A stretch of DNA of 64,000 bases from an uncultured Pelagibacteraceae bacterium. Its GTDB lineage: Bacteria > Pseudomonadota > Alphaproteobacteria > Pelagibacterales > Pelagibacteraceae. The translations under genes and the position numbers were made by a program. The stretch's first letter is position 1; the number at the start of each line of letters is the position of its first letter. Below, piece after piece: positions 38,281 to 52,043 of the stretch. The notes beneath the pieces are model-generated. The model saw nothing but the letters and a program-made list of their open reading frames with translations. It was not told the DNA's origin and made no database searches. The stretch is taken from contig CACBGU010000005.1 of NCBI GenBank assembly GCA_902538885.1, forward strand, positions 177-64,176. Reading direction: 5' to 3'.

Positions 38281-40079
38281 TGAGCACTAAAGAAAATAAT
38301 TTAAAAGAAAAATTCAAAATTGCTTTAACCTCTACAGCAAAAGTAATTGCCGATGATTTTGATGTTAAAAAAACAAATTCTGAAGAAAAAAAAATAAAAG
38401 AATTTAATTTTCTAGAGATTGATAATTTAACTAGTCCAGCTGATTTTATAAGATTACGTGCAGAAACAGACTCCTCTGCTTTGAAAAAAAAATTTTGTAA
38501 TGAAACAATTTACAAAAAAAACCTTCCCTCAAATACATCTTCTAGATCTCTTTATAATATAGCTGAAAAAATACGTTATGAGACTCTTGGAGGAAAAATG
38601 TTAAAAGGAGTTGAGAAAAATTTTCAAGAAAATTATCATCAAATAATAAATCGTAAACGCAAAGACCAATTAAAAACTAAAGAAGATGTATCTGTATCAG
38701 AAGCATTCGAACTATATATGCTTAAGAATTTTCATAAAATTAAGCTAAATCCTCTAACAACAAAAATGCTCAATTTTTGGGAAAATGACTTTGAGGAAGC
38801 TATAGAAAAACATAAGGAATTTTTACTTAAAAATCTTGAAGATCAAAACATTTATAGTTCAAAGTTTTCAGAAATATTGGAAGAAATGGACATTTTTCAA
38901 AGTGAAGATGAAGATGAAAGAAAAGAAGAAAATCAAGATCAAGGACAAGATAATCCATCCAATGAAGATGAAAATAACGACAAAGAAGATAATAAAGATG
39001 AAAAAGATGAAAATGTATCTGAGGCTTCATTAGATGCTGATTTTAGTGTTGACGAATTTAACTTTGACGAACAATTATCAGACACAGAGTCAGATGAACA
39101 AAGTTCAGAACAAGTAGCGCAAAAAAAAATAGATAGTATCAATTTAGATTATAAAATATTTACAACTCAGTTTGATGAAGTTGTAAAAGCTGAAAATCTA
39201 GAAAATGCAGGTGAAGCAACAAAACTAAGAAAAAATTTAGACCAACAATTAATCGGCTTTCAAGATATTATAACAAAACTTGCTAATAAACTTCAAAGAC
39301 AATTGCTTGCAAAACAAAATAGAGCATGGGAATTTGATTTAGAGGAGGGATTATTAGACAGTTCAAAACTTCCAAGAATTATTATGGATCCATATAATTC
39401 TTTGTCATTCAAAAAAGAAAAAGATTTAGATTTTAAAGATACAGTAGTGACTCTACTCATTGATAATTCTGGATCCATGAGAGGAAGACCAATTACCATT
39501 GCAGCTATTTGTGCAGATATTTTATCCAGAACGCTAGAAAGGTGCTCTGTCAAAGTTGAAATTTTAGGTTTCACAACTAAAAATTGGAAGGGTGGACAAA
39601 GTAGAGAATTATGGACCAAAAATTCTAAACCTAAAACACCAGGAAGATTGAACGACCTAAGACATATAATTTACAAAGGAGCAGATACCCATTGGAGACA
39701 GGCAAAAAATAATTTAGGGCTAATGCTTAAAGAAGGATTGCTCAAAGAGAACATCGATGGAGAAGCTATATCTTGGGCCTATAACAGAATAAAAAAGAGA
39801 AAAGAGGAAAGAAAAATATTAATGGTTATTTCTGATGGAGCCCCTGTAGATGACTCAACTCTTTCTGTAAATTCAGGTGATTTTTTGGAAAAACATTTAA
39901 AAAAGATTGTAAAATTTATTGAAAATAAATCAGATATTGAAGTTTTGGCTATAGGAATTGGTCACGATGTTTCAAGATATTATAATAAAGCTATTAAAAT
40001 TACTGACGTAAATGAATTAGGAGATGTTATGATATCTCAATTAAGCTCATTATTTGAAACAAAGAACAAATTCCATTAA
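38280..40079 (+). CDS. cobT: CobT-type vWA-domain protein
   Basis: Acidic linker, [36 protein letters not shown] and ISDGAPVD motifs. Confidence 0.93.
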   Translation: MSTKENNLKEKFKIALTSTAKVIADDFDVKKTNSEEKKIKEFNFLEIDNLTSPADFIRLRAETDSSALKKKFCNETIYKKNLPSNTSSRSLYNIAEKIRYETLGGKMLKGVEKNFQENYHQIINRKRKDQLKTKEDVSVSEAFELYMLKNFHKIKLNPLTTKMLNFWENDFEEAIEKHKEFLLKNLEDQNIYSSKFSEILEEMDIFQSEDEDERKEENQDQGQDNPSNEDENNDKEDNKDEKDENVSEASLDADFSVDEFNFDEQLSDTESDEQSSEQVAQKKIDSINLDYKIFTTQFDEVVKAENLENAGEATKLRKNLDQQLIGFQDIITKLANKLQRQLLAKQNRAWEFDLEEGLLDSSKLPRIIMDPYNSLSFKKEKDLDFKDTVVTLLIDNSGSMRGRPITIAAICADILSRTLERCSVKVEILGFTTKNWKGGQSRELWTKNSKPKTPGRLNDLRHIIYKGADTHWRQAKNNLGLMLKEGLLKENIDGEAISWAYNRIKKRKEERKILMVISDGAPVDDSTLSVNSGDFLEKHLKKIVKFIENKSDIEVLAIGIGHDVSRYYNKAIKITDVNELGDVMISQLSSLFETKNKFH

Positions 40080-41356
40080 ATATTAAATAATTCTTTATTC
40101 TTCCATCTAATTATAACTTCCGCACCACTACGTGTTTTCGAATTTCTACAATTGACTGATGCAAAATTTTTTTCTAATAAAGTTTTTCCAATAAACAAAC
40201 CTAGTCCTAAACCCTCTTTGGACTTATCTATTGAATAATTTGATTTTAAATATGGTTCTCCAATTTTCGATATAATATCTCGTGGATAACCATTACCATC
40301 ATCTTCTACTGTGAGCTCTGTAAATTCACTATCACTTTTTAAATTAATAAAAATAGAATTTTTGGCAAATTTGTTTGCATTTCCTATAAAGTTTCTTAAT
40401 CCATAAACTATTTCAATAGATTTACTTATTTTTTTTGGGTTTGAGTCTTGATCAAAATTGAAAACAAATTCCTTTTTACTTATTTCCTTAAATGAAGAGA
40501 TAATTTCATGCAAATAATCTCGAATGTTAATATCTTTATCAATAAATTCATCTTCCTCCACAGGATTTAAAGTTAATCTCTTTAAAATTTCATTACATCG
40601 ATCGACTTGGCTATTTAACAACTCTATATCTTTCTCCAAATCTTTTTGACCTTTAAATTGTTTCATTAAATCATGCACAATTATTGTTATTGTGGAAAGT
40701 GGTGTACCTAAAGAATGTGCCGCTGCAGCAGCTTGTCCGCCCAAAGATAAAAGCTCATGTTCTTTAGCCATTACCTCCTCCATTTTACCTAATGCCTCTT
40801 TTCTTAATCTAGATTGTGTACCAAATGTCATTGCAAAATAATTTAAAAATACTAAAGCGATAATCAAAGAAACTGGGATAGAATAATAAAAATAATGATT
40901 GTTATGAAAATCACTATTTAAATTAATTGGCAAATCTTGATAATTAAAAGTTAAAAATACAATTATAATTATTGTTAAGGTTACTAACAAAGTATTAGTT
41001 CTTAAGCTTAAATTTGATGAAGAAAAAACACTTGGTATTAATATAAAAATCACAAATGGATTTGTTATTCCTCCTGACAAATAAAGAAGGACACCTAATT
41101 GCAAAATATCTATAAGCAGGAAGATAAAAGCAGATCTATCTGATAATTGTGTTTTTTTATAAATAAAAATTAAATATAAATTACTTAATATTCCTAAAAG
41201 TATAACTAAATTTGAGGTAATAAAATCAAAACTAGAATTTAGAAAAAAATATACAAAATTTACTGCAATTAGTTGTCCAATAATTCCGATCCATCTAAGA
41301 GTTATATATGTTGATTTTTTAAAAGAATGATATTTTGAAGTTTCAAAGAACTTCAT
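40076..41356 (-). CDS. regB: RegB/PrrB/ActS-family redox sensor histidine kinase
   Basis: LRW, GGITNPF quinone site, [12 protein letters not shown] redox cysteine, DDGNG and GLGLGLFI motifs. Confidence 0.9.
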   Translation of the reverse strand: MKFFETSKYHSFKKSTYITLRWIGIIGQLIAVNFVYFFLNSSFDFITSNLVILLGILSNLYLIFIYKKTQLSDRSAFIFLLIDILQLGVLLYLSGGITNPFVIFILIPSVFSSSNLSLRTNTLLVTLTIIIIVFLTFNYQDLPINLNSDFHNNHYFYYSIPVSLIIALVFLNYFAMTFGTQSRLRKEALGKMEEVMAKEHELLSLGGQAAAAAHSLGTPLSTITIIVHDLMKQFKGQKDLEKDIELLNSQVDRCNEILKRLTLNPVEEDEFIDKDINIRDYLHEIISSFKEISKKEFVFNFDQDSNPKKISKSIEIVYGLRNFIGNANKFAKNSIFINLKSDSEFTELTVEDDGNGYPRDIISKIGEPYLKSNYSIDKSKEGLGLGLFIGKTLLEKNFASVNCRNSKTRSGAEVIIRWKNKELFNI

Positions 41357-41358
41357 TT

Positions 41359-43425
<2,067 letters not shown>

Positions 43426-43445
43426 TTAAACTTTGGAAAAAAAAA

Positions 43446-43454
43446 ATTATAGCA
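43446..43454 (-). promoter_or_regulatory. putative extended -10 element for gyrB
   Basis: Minus strand reads TGCTATAAT (perfect TGnTATAAT), 23 nt upstream of the gyrB ATG. Confidence 0.5.
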
Positions 43455-43536
43455 TTTTTTATAAAAATTGCTGATTTATCTTAACAAAAAAACTCTAAAA
43501 TGCCTAAATTACCCTTGAAAAATAAAGCTTATTTAA

Positions 43537-43626
43537 TGGCGGAGAGAATGGGATTCGAACCCATGAAAGAATTGCTCCTTTACACGCTTTCCAAGCGTGC
43601 GCCTTCAACCACTCGGCCACCTCTCC
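43537..43626 (-). tRNA. tRNA-Ser(GGA)
   Basis: GGAGAGG start, CACGC-TTGGAAA-GCGTG anticodon arm, long variable arm, GGTTCGAATCC, GCCA end; 90 nt. Confidence 0.96.
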
Positions 43627-43628
43627 GA

Positions 43629-45437
43629 CTATTTTTCTTTTGAAATCTTAAGTACACCAATAAATGCCTCTTGTGGAATTTCAACTCTTCCAAATTGTTT
43701 AGATCTAGCTTTTCCTTTTTTCTGTTTTTCTAAAAGTTTTCTTTTTCTATCAGTTGCTCCACCACCATGAATTTTAGTTAAAACGTCTTTTTTAAACCCT
43801 TTAATTGTTTCTCTAGCAATAATTTTACCACCTATTGCAGCTTGAACTGGAATCATAAAGTTATGTCGAGGTATTAAATCTTTTAATTTTTCACAAACTT
43901 CTCTCCCAGTTTTTTGCGCAAAATCTTTATGTATCATCATCGCTAAAGCATCAACTGGTTCTCCATTTACTAGAATACCAAGTTTTACCAAATCTCCCTC
44001 TCTATGCTCAATAATCTCATAGTCAAAACTAGCATAGCCACTAGTCATAGATTTTAGTCTATCATTAAAATCAAAAACAACTTCATTCAATGGTAATTCA
44101 TAATTGACTACAGCTCTATTACCTGAATAACTTAAATTAGTCTGAATTCCTCTTTTATCCTGACACATTTTTATAATTGATCCTAGATATTGATCAGGAG
44201 TAATAATTGTTGCTTTTATCCATGGCTCTTCTATATATTTTATTAAAGTTGGATCAGGTAAACTTGATGGATTTTGAAGATCAATTATGTCACCATTGTT
44301 TAGGTGAACTTTATATACAACACCGGGTGTAGTTGTTAACAAATTAACATCAAATTCTCTTTCTAATCTTTCTGTCACAATTTCCAAATGAAGTAATCCT
44401 AAAAATCCACATCTAAAACCTAATCCTAAAGCAGATGATGACTCTGGCTCAAATGAAAAACTTGCATCATTTAATTGTAATTTAGCTAAACCATCTTTAA
44501 GTTTTTGAAACTCAGAACTATCTACTGGAAACAACCCACAGAACACTACCGGCTTACTAGGTTTAAATCCTGGCAAAGCAGCTTTTAAAGGTTTTGAAGC
44601 ATCACAAATAGTATCTCCAACTTTTGTTTCAGACAAAACTTTAATTCCTGTTGTAATAAATCCAATTTCACCTGTTTTTAGTTCATTTATGTCTACTGGT
44701 TTTGGTGTAAAAACCCCAACTTTTTCAACAATATACTCCTGATTAGTAGACATCATTTTTATTTTCATATGTTTAGAAAGTTTGCCATCTATCACTCTCA
44801 CTAAAATCACTACACCTAGATATGTGTCATACCAACTATCAACCAATAAACATTTTAGATATGCAGAACTTTCTCCTTTTGGAGCTGGTAATGTTGTTAT
44901 TATTTGCTCTAAAATATCTTCTATTCCTTCTCCAGTTTTGCCTGAACATGGAATTGCATTTTCAGTATCAATTCCTATAACTTCCTCAATTTGTTTTTTT
45001 GTTCTATCTAAATCCGATGCAGGTAAATCAACCTTATTTAAAACTGGTACTATCTCATGGTTAGTGTCTAAAGCTTGGTAAACATTTGCTAAAGTTTGAG
45101 CTTCTACCCCTTGTGTACTATCTACGATCAAAATTGAACCCTCACAGGCGTATAAAGATCTACTTACTTCATAACTGAAATCTACATGACCCGGGGTATC
45201 AATTATATTTAAAATATAATTTTTTCCATTTTTAGCTTTATAATTTAATTTTACAGTTTGTGCTTTAATTGTAATTCCTCTTTCACGCTCAATATCCATA
45301 GAGTCTAAAACTTGAGCTTTCATTTCTCTTTCAGTTAATCCACCACAACTATGAATAATTCTATCGGCTATAGTAGATTTTCCATGATCAATATGCGCAA
45401 TTATTGCAAAATTTCTTATATTATCAATTGAACTCAT
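43629..45437 (-). CDS. lepA: elongation factor 4
   Basis: [36 protein letters not shown] and [10 protein letters not shown] motifs. Confidence 0.97.
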   Translation of the reverse strand: MSSIDNIRNFAIIAHIDHGKSTIADRIIHSCGGLTEREMKAQVLDSMDIERERGITIKAQTVKLNYKAKNGKNYILNIIDTPGHVDFSYEVSRSLYACEGSILIVDSTQGVEAQTLANVYQALDTNHEIVPVLNKVDLPASDLDRTKKQIEEVIGIDTENAIPCSGKTGEGIEDILEQIITTLPAPKGESSAYLKCLLVDSWYDTYLGVVILVRVIDGKLSKHMKIKMMSTNQEYIVEKVGVFTPKPVDINELKTGEIGFITTGIKVLSETKVGDTICDASKPLKAALPGFKPSKPVVFCGLFPVDSSEFQKLKDGLAKLQLNDASFSFEPESSSALGLGFRCGFLGLLHLEIVTERLEREFDVNLLTTTPGVVYKVHLNNGDIIDLQNPSSLPDPTLIKYIEEPWIKATIITPDQYLGSIIKMCQDKRGIQTNLSYSGNRAVVNYELPLNEVVFDFNDRLKSMTSGYASFDYEIIEHREGDLVKLGILVNGEPVDALAMMIHKDFAQKTGREVCEKLKDLIPRHNFMIPVQAAIGGKIIARETIKGFKKDVLTKIHGGGATDRKRKLLEKQKKGKARSKQFGRVEIPQEAFIGVLKISKEK

Positions 45438-45445
45438 TAATTATT

Positions 45446-47854
45446 TTAGGAACGAATTTTAGCACCAGTTTTATTTTCAACTGTTTCTATTATCAAATTA
45501 TTAGTTTTTTCTAAATCATTATCCGTTAATGTTTTTTCCAATGATTGAATAGTGACGCTTACAGCAACTGATTTTTGATTTTCAGGAATATTGTCTCCTT
45601 CGTAAACGTCAAATACTTTAATGTTTGAAATTAAATTTTTATCAATATTTGATATGACGCTTACTATATCTTGCACACTTATTTTTTTATCAACAATAAA
45701 TGCAAAATCTCTTTCAGATTTTTGAAAGTCGGATACTGAATATTTTGTTTTTTGATCTTTTAAAGATTTTTTTGGAAGTTTTAAATTATCTAGAAATATT
45801 TCAAATCCTACTAAAGACTCTGATTTAATATCTAGCGTTTTAATGATGTTTGGATGAATTTCACCAAAATAAGCAGCCGCATTATCTTTTCCCTTATTTA
45901 AAAATATTCTGCCTGATTTTCCTGGATGATAATAATTGGGACTTTCATCATCTATGTAGAATTTTTCAGCGTTATAGCCAGCTTCTACTAAAGTTTGTAT
46001 AACATCTCTTTTAATATCAAAAACATCTATATTTCTCTCTTGTTCTATCCATGAAAGTCTAGATTTTTTTCCAGCTGACAGTCCGCAAACAACTGTATTC
46101 TGTTCTCCAGGTTTTGAACCATAAAATATTGGCCCTATTTCAAATATTGATAAATCTTTAATTCCTCTATCTAAGTTTTTGCTCATATACATTACTAAAT
46201 TTGAAAAAATAGAATTTCTTAATACTCCTAATTCAGAGCTAATTGGATTTACAATTTTTATTTCTTTATTGGTCTCTTTAAAGTGATCATTATATTTAGA
46301 GTCTGTAAAAGACCAAGTAATTGCTTCCAAATACCCTTTGGATGCTACTGCCCTTTGAAGAAAATGAAATAACTTTTGAGTTTGATTTAAAGTATTTTTA
46401 GATCTTTCTTTAATTGGATTTTCTATTTTTATTTTTTCATAGCCACTAATTCTTACAAGTTCCTCAACTATATCAATTTCTTGAACAATATCTGGTCTCC
46501 AAGATGGAACTAATAATTTAAAGAATTTTTTTTCTTTTTTAATTTTAAAACCAAGTTTTTCTAAAATGATTATCATTTCTTTATTTGAAATTTTAAAACC
46601 AGTAATTTTTTCAAACGTTTTTGGTTCAAATTTTATTATTTTGTTTTTATAAGACTCAATTTTTTGAATATCTATTTTACTAATTTCACCACCGCAAATT
46701 TCCTTAATTAAAAAAGCTGCTTTATTTAATCCATCTTCAATAGACAACTGATCTATACCTCTTTCAAATCTAAACTTAGCATCTGTATCGATATTTAATT
46801 TTTTTGCAGTTTTTCTAATTGATCTTGGATCAAAATAAGCCGACTCTAATAAAACATTTATTGTATCTAACTCTGTACCAGATCTTGTTCCACCAATAAT
46901 TCCCCCTAGGCCTAAGACACCTTTGTTATCACTTATTACACACATTTCATCATCTAGTTTGTAATTTTTATTATCTAGAGCAGTAAATTCTTCTCCTGAT
47001 TTTGAATTTCTAACAATTATTCCCTTATCAATTTTATCAGCATCATATGCGTGCAAAGGACGATTAATATCAATCATTACATAATTTGTAATATCTACAA
47101 TTGCAGATATTGGTTTTTGGCCTATAGAAATTAATTTATCTTTCAGCCATTGAGGACTTTCTGTATTTTTGACGTTAGTTATCAAGCAGCTGCCAAAAGA
47201 AAAACAGCCTTGATTTTTTTCTTTTGTTATTTTTACTTTTAAGGTCTGTTTTCTATTAGATTTAATTTTTTTATCTTTTTCTGGTTTTAAGTTTCCAAAA
47301 CCTGCGGCTGATAAATCTCTCGCTATTCCTCGAACACCAAGACAGTCTGGTCTATTTGGTGTAATTGATAAATCGATAAGATTAGAACTTGGTTTAGAAA
47401 AATAACTTTTTCCAATATTTTTTGCATATTTCAAAGATGATAATTCAGTAATTCCATCACTTTCATCTGATAAATTCAATTCAGATTCAGAACAAAGCAT
47501 TCCATAAGATGTAACATCTCTAATTTTAGCAACAACAAGTTTAGTTTTGTTTTTTGGGATTATTGCACCTGGTGGAGCATAAACAGTAAGAAGACCCTCT
47601 CTTGCATTTGCAGCCCCACAAACAACTTTTTTGATTTCATTATTACCAAGATCAACGTCGCAAACTTTAAGCCTATCTGCGTTTGGATGTTTTTCTGTTT
47701 TAATGATTTTTGCTACTCTAAATAAGTCTAATCCTTCAGATAAATTTTCTATACTCTCAACCTCAAGACCTATGTCTGTTAGTTTCTCAAGAAGTTTATC
47801 TTCTTTAGCACTTATTTTTAAATGATCTTTTAACCAATCATATGTAATCTTCAT
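45446..47854 (-). CDS. pheT: phenylalanine--tRNA ligase beta subunit
   Basis: [31 protein letters not shown] and ERDFAF motifs. Confidence 0.97.
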   Translation of the reverse strand: MKITYDWLKDHLKISAKEDKLLEKLTDIGLEVESIENLSEGLDLFRVAKIIKTEKHPNADRLKVCDVDLGNNEIKKVVCGAANAREGLLTVYAPPGAIIPKNKTKLVVAKIRDVTSYGMLCSESELNLSDESDGITELSSLKYAKNIGKSYFSKPSSNLIDLSITPNRPDCLGVRGIARDLSAAGFGNLKPEKDKKIKSNRKQTLKVKITKEKNQGCFSFGSCLITNVKNTESPQWLKDKLISIGQKPISAIVDITNYVMIDINRPLHAYDADKIDKGIIVRNSKSGEEFTALDNKNYKLDDEMCVISDNKGVLGLGGIIGGTRSGTELDTINVLLESAYFDPRSIRKTAKKLNIDTDAKFRFERGIDQLSIEDGLNKAAFLIKEICGGEISKIDIQKIESYKNKIIKFEPKTFEKITGFKISNKEMIIILEKLGFKIKKEKKFFKLLVPSWRPDIVQEIDIVEELVRISGYEKIKIENPIKERSKNTLNQTQKLFHFLQRAVASKGYLEAITWSFTDSKYNDHFKETNKEIKIVNPISSELGVLRNSIFSNLVMYMSKNLDRGIKDLSIFEIGPIFYGSKPGEQNTVVCGLSAGKKSRLSWIEQERNIDVFDIKRDVIQTLVEAGYNAEKFYIDDESPNYYHPGKSGRIFLNKGKDNAAAYFGEIHPNIIKTLDIKSESLVGFEIFLDNLKLPKKSLKDQKTKYSVSDFQKSERDFAFIVDKKISVQDIVSVISNIDKNLISNIKVFDVYEGDNIPENQKSVAVSVTIQSLEKTLTDNDLEKTNNLIIETVENKTGAKIRS

Positions 47855-48918
47855 CTGCTTAAACCTCTGTAATTTGAAGGGACATCAAGCGGATCAAAAC
47901 CAAAATGATTTAGCCATCTGTAATCACAATCAAAAAACGCTCTTAAATCATTAATGCCGTATTTAAGCATTGCTAATCGGTCTATACCTATGCCAAAGGC
48001 ATATCCTTGATATTTAGAAGGATCTACTTTTACATTTTTTAAAACATTAGGATGCACCATGCCACAGCCTAAAATTTCAAGCCACTTATCTCCTTCTCCG
48101 ATAATTATTTTGCCATCTTTTATTTCATAACCAATATCAACTTCTGCAGATGGTTCTGTGAATGGAAAATGACTAGGTCTAAATCTCATTTTAATTTTTT
48201 CGACTTCAAAAAATTCTTTAATAAAATAATTCAAGCATCCTTTTAAATGTCCCATATTAATATTTGTATCAATATGCAAACCTTCTACTTGATGAAACAT
48301 TGGTGCGTGTGTTTGATCACTATCAGATCTATAAGTTCTCCCAGGAGCAATGATCTTAAATGGAGGTTTGTCTTTTAGCATAGTTCTAATTTGAACTGGC
48401 GAAGTATGAGTTCGTAACAAAACTTCTTTGTTTTCATCTAAGTAAAATGTATCATGCATATCTCTTGCTGGATGATTGTCCGGTGTGTTTAAAGCAGTAA
48501 AGTTGTTGTATTCATTTTCAACATCAGGGCCCTCCTCAACACTAAATCCTATTTCAGAGAAAATAGATGAAATTTCATCAATAGTTTGTGATACCGGATG
48601 AACTTTTCCTCTAACAAATGGTCTTTCAGGTAAAGTTATATCAACTTTTTCCTTTTCTAATTTTTCGTTTATCTTTTTTCCTTCTATCTCGTTAATTTTA
48701 GAAGTTATCAAATTCTGAAGCTCATCTTTAACTTGATTTAAATCCGATGCAAATTTTTTTCTATCAGTCTCTGGAATTGACCCTATTGTTTTAAATTTTG
48801 ATGAAATTAAACCATTTTTACCAAAGAGATCGGTTTTGATTTCGTTTATTTGATCAATGCTTAAATCATTTTCTAGTTTTGATATAAACTGATCTCTAAT
48901 ATTTTTTATCTCTGACAT
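47851..48918 (-). CDS. pheS: phenylalanine--tRNA ligase alpha subunit
   Basis: [25 protein letters not shown] and FPFTEPS motifs. Confidence 0.97.
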   Translation of the reverse strand: MSEIKNIRDQFISKLENDLSIDQINEIKTDLFGKNGLISSKFKTIGSIPETDRKKFASDLNQVKDELQNLITSKINEIEGKKINEKLEKEKVDITLPERPFVRGKVHPVSQTIDEISSIFSEIGFSVEEGPDVENEYNNFTALNTPDNHPARDMHDTFYLDENKEVLLRTHTSPVQIRTMLKDKPPFKIIAPGRTYRSDSDQTHAPMFHQVEGLHIDTNINMGHLKGCLNYFIKEFFEVEKIKMRFRPSHFPFTEPSAEVDIGYEIKDGKIIIGEGDKWLEILGCGMVHPNVLKNVKVDPSKYQGYAFGIGIDRLAMLKYGINDLRAFFDCDYRWLNHFGFDPLDVPSNYRGLSR

Positions 48919-48961
48919 ATTAGTAGATTATTTCCTTAAGAAATAAAAACAATAGCGAAGA

Positions 48962-49318
48962 TTAATTTAAAGCTGATTGAGCTTTTTGTACAATTGTTTT
49001 GAATGCTTCTGGGCTATCGTAAGCAATTTCAGCAAGAATTTTTCTATCTATTGCAATACCACATTTATTTAATCCATTGATAAATTTTGAATAAGTTAAG
49101 CCTTCAGCTCTTACTCCAGCATTGATTCTCTGTATCCACAATGATTTAAAATCTCTTTTTTTATTTCTTCTGTCTCTGTAAGCGTATTGCATGGATTTTT
49201 CCATAGCTTGCTTAGCTACTCTAATGGTATTTTTTCTTCTGCCCCATTGACCCTTTACAGCTTTTAAAACTTTTTTATGTTTAGCTTTACTAGTTACACC
49301 TCTTTTAACTCTTGCCAT
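48962..49318 (-). CDS. rplT: 50S ribosomal protein L20
   Basis: [23 protein letters not shown]. Confidence 0.98.
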   Translation of the reverse strand: MARVKRGVTSKAKHKKVLKAVKGQWGRRKNTIRVAKQAMEKSMQYAYRDRRNKKRDFKSLWIQRINAGVRAEGLTYSKFINGLNKCGIAIDRKILAEIAYDSPEAFKTIVQKAQSALN

Positions 49319-49320
49319 TA

Positions 49321-49527
49321 TTAACCTCTTAAACTGTAAGGCATGTATGACTTAACAATTTTTCCATCTTGTTTAGACAATGTTGTAGTGCCTCTAAGTT
49401 TTCTTATTTGTGAATTCGTTCTTTTGATCATGCCATGTCTTTTACCTGCTTGAGCAGAAATAACTTTACCCTTAGCGGATATTTTAAATCTTTTTTTTGC
49501 TGAGCTTTTTGTTTTTAGTTTTGGCAT
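49321..49527 (-). CDS. rpmI: 50S ribosomal protein L35
   Basis: [16 protein letters not shown]-terminus; upstream of rplT. Confidence 0.97.
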   Translation of the reverse strand: MPKLKTKSSAKKRFKISAKGKVISAQAGKRHGMIKRTNSQIRKLRGTTTLSKQDGKIVKSYMPYSLRG

Positions 49528-49538
49528 AATTCTGCGGA

Positions 49539-49567
49539 CTTATACAAAGAAAGATATAATTTTACAA
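49539..49567 (-). promoter_or_regulatory. putative sigma70 promoter for rpmI-rplT
   Basis: Minus strand reads TTGTAA-N17-TATAAG. Confidence 0.45.
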
Positions 49568-49580
49568 CCTCTATTAAAGC

Positions 49581-50126
49581 TTATAAAGGCTGAATTACCA
49601 TGATCATTTGCTTCCCATCAAACTTGGGATGCAATTCTACCTTGCCAATATCCTTCATATCTTCTTTAATTTTACCCATTAGTTCATTTCCTAGATGGGA
49701 ATGCTGAAGCTCTCTACCTTTAAATCTTATAGTAAATTTGACCTTATCTCCTTTAGCTATAAATTTTTTAGCATTTTTGACTTTAAACTCATAGTCATGA
49801 GTTTCAGTAACAGGTCTCATTTTAATTTCTTTTAAAGAAACAATTTTTTGTTTTTTCTTTGCAAGATTAGCTTTTTTCTGAGCATCATACTTATATTTAC
49901 CCATGTCCATTATTTTACATACAGGGGGATTTGCGTTAGGTGCTATTTCAATTAAATCTAAACCTTGATTTTTTGCCATGGAAATAGCTTCATTGGTATT
50001 CATCACTCCAAGATTTTCTCCATCACTTGCTATAACCTGAACATCAGGAGAAGAAATTCTATTATTTGATCTTGGACCTCTGTCCTTAGTTCTTCTTTGA
50101 AAATAATTTTGTTTGAAGTCTGCCAC
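49581..50126 (-). CDS. infC: translation initiation factor IF-3
   Basis: LDLIEI..PPVCKIMD.GKYKY, KEIK and FKGRE motifs; GTG start directly after the thrS stop. Confidence 0.96.
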   Translation of the reverse strand: MADFKQNYFQRRTKDRGPRSNNRISSPDVQVIASDGENLGVMNTNEAISMAKNQGLDLIEIAPNANPPVCKIMDMGKYKYDAQKKANLAKKKQKIVSLKEIKMRPVTETHDYEFKVKNAKKFIAKGDKVKFTIRFKGRELQHSHLGNELMGKIKEDMKDIGKVELHPKFDGKQMIMVIQPL

Positions 50127-52043
50127 TTAGTTTGATGATGCTTTATTTAAAGCAGAGAATGTTTTTAAGAATTGATCTATACCCATATTTTCTTGTTTAT
50201 TAGAGTCTAATCTTCTAATCGTTACTGAATTGGAGTCAACTTCTTTTTTACCACAAATTAATAAAAGCGGTATTTTTGCTAAAGAATGATCTCTAATTTT
50301 ATAATTTAAATTATGATTTTTTAAATCTACTGCAGAACTTATACCTGAATTTTTAATTTTATTTGATACATCGACTGCATAGTCATTAAATTCCTCTGAA
50401 ATGGGTATTACCATAGTCTGCAATGGAGATATCCAAAATGGAAACTTACCTGCATAATTTTCAATTAAAATTCCAATAAATCTTTCTAAAGAACCAAATA
50501 GTGCTCTATGTAACATAACGGGAACCTTTTTAGTTCCATCTTTGTCAACATAAGAAGCATCTAATCTTCCAGGTAAATTTAAATCTACTTGTAAAGTTCC
50601 ACATTGCCAATCCCTGCCAATTGCATCTCGTAAAACAAATTCAATTTTAGGACCATAAAATGCTCCCTCACCTTTATTAATAGTATATTCTAATTTAGAA
50701 GCTTTAACTGCTTCAAGCAAAGAGGCTTCTGCTTTATCCCAAACTGAATCATCACCAACCCTTACTTCTGGCCTATCTGCATATTTTAGAATCACATTTT
50801 CAAAACCAAGGTCCTTATAAATATCTAGTATTAGATTTGTAACAATTAAACATTCGCTAGTAATTTGATCTTCAGTGCAAAAAATATGAGCATCATCTTG
50901 AGTAAAGGCTCTTACTCTTAGTAACCCATGTAAAGCGCCTGATGGCTCATAACGATGAACTTTCCCAAATTCAGCAAAACGTAACGGAAGATCTCTGTAA
51001 CTTTTTAAGCCTTGATTAAATACCTGGATATGACCAGGGCAATTCATTGGTTTAATTGCAAAAACTTTCTCATCTGGTGTTTCAGAAGTATACATGTTTT
51101 CTCCATATTTTTCCCAATGCCCAGATTTTTCCCATAATTGTCTATCTAGTACCTCTGGAGTATTGACCTCTTTATAACCAGCTGCATCTTGTCTGCTTCT
51201 CATGTAGTTAATGAGCTTTTGAAACAAACCCCATCCTCTTTCATGCCAAAATACTGAGCCAGGGCTTTCTTCTCTAAAATGAAATAAATCCATTTCTCTC
51301 CCTAATTTTCTGTGATCTCTTTTTTCGGCTTCTTCTATTCTCTTCAAATATTCATCTAGATCTTTTTGAGTTGCCCAACTCGTACCATATATTCGTTGCA
51401 ACATTTCATTATTAGAGTCTCCTCTCCAATATGCTCCTGATACTTTTGTAAGTTTAAAATATTTCCCTATTTTACCTGTAGAGGATAAATGTGGGCCTCT
51501 ACATAAATCATGCCATTCTCCGTGAAAATAAATTGATACATCTTCATTTTCAGGTATCGCTTCAATTAACTCGGCTTTATAAATTTCTCCTTTTTTTTTA
51601 AAATGGCTAATTGCTTTGTTTCTATCCCAAACTTCTCTTTTTGTTGTTTCATTCCTATCGACAATCTCTTTCATTTTATTTTCAATTTTAACAAGATCAT
51701 CCTCTGTAAATGGTTCTTTTCTAGCAAAGTCATAATAAAATCCATTTTCAATCACGGGTCCAATTGTAACTTGTGTTCCAGGAAATAATTCTTGAACAGC
51801 CATAGCTAAAATATGAGCTGTGTCATGCCTTATAGTTTCTAAGCCCTCCGGATTTTTTGAGGTAAAAATTTTTACAGAACAATCATTTTCAATTAAAAAA
51901 TCAAGATCTTTAAGTTCACCATCGACGCTTATGACCATGGCTTGTTTGGCTAATGATTTGCTAATTTTTTCAGCTACTTCAAGTCCAGTAACTTTATTAG
52001 GAAAGTCAATATTGTTTCCGTCAGGTAATGTTATTATCGGCAT
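50127..52043 (-). CDS. thrS: threonine--tRNA ligase
   Basis: TGS domain, DLCRGPH, GAYWRG, RDHRKLG, KPMNCP and HRALFGSLERF motifs. Confidence 0.98.
   Translation of the reverse strand: MPIITLPDGNNIDFPNKVTGLEVAEKISKSLAKQAMVISVDGELKDLDFLIENDCSVKIFTSKNPEGLETIRHDTAHILAMAVQELFPGTQVTIGPVIENGFYYDFARKEPFTEDDLVKIENKMKEIVDRNETTKREVWDRNKAISHFKKKGEIYKAELIEAIPENEDVSIYFHGEWHDLCRGPHLSSTGKIGKYFKLTKVSGAYWRGDSNNEMLQRIYGTSWATQKDLDEYLKRIEEAEKRDHRKLGREMDLFHFREESPGSVFWHERGWGLFQKLINYMRSRQDAAGYKEVNTPEVLDRQLWEKSGHWEKYGENMYTSETPDEKVFAIKPMNCPGHIQVFNQGLKSYRDLPLRFAEFGKVHRYEPSGALHGLLRVRAFTQDDAHIFCTEDQITSECLIVTNLILDIYKDLGFENVILKYADRPEVRVGDDSVWDKAEASLLEAVKASKLEYTINKGEGAFYGPKIEFVLRDAIGRDWQCGTLQVDLNLPGRLDASYVDKDGTKKVPVMLHRALFGSLERFIGILIENYAGKFPFWISPLQTMVIPISEEFNDYAVDVSNKIKNSGISSAVDLKNHNLNYKIRDHSLAKIPLLLICGKKEVDSNSVTIRRLDSNKQENMGIDQFLKTFSALNKASSN

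Noticed and set aside
38880-39120. GAA/GAT-rich low-complexity tract that might be a repeat array
   Set aside because: It encodes the normal acidic linker of CobT and has no fixed repeat unit.
43451-43472. AT-rich inverted repeat AGCATTTTT..AAAAATTGCT as a tRNA-Ser terminator
   Set aside because: The stem is very weak and almost all A/T, and it overlaps a better explanation, the gyrB extended -10.
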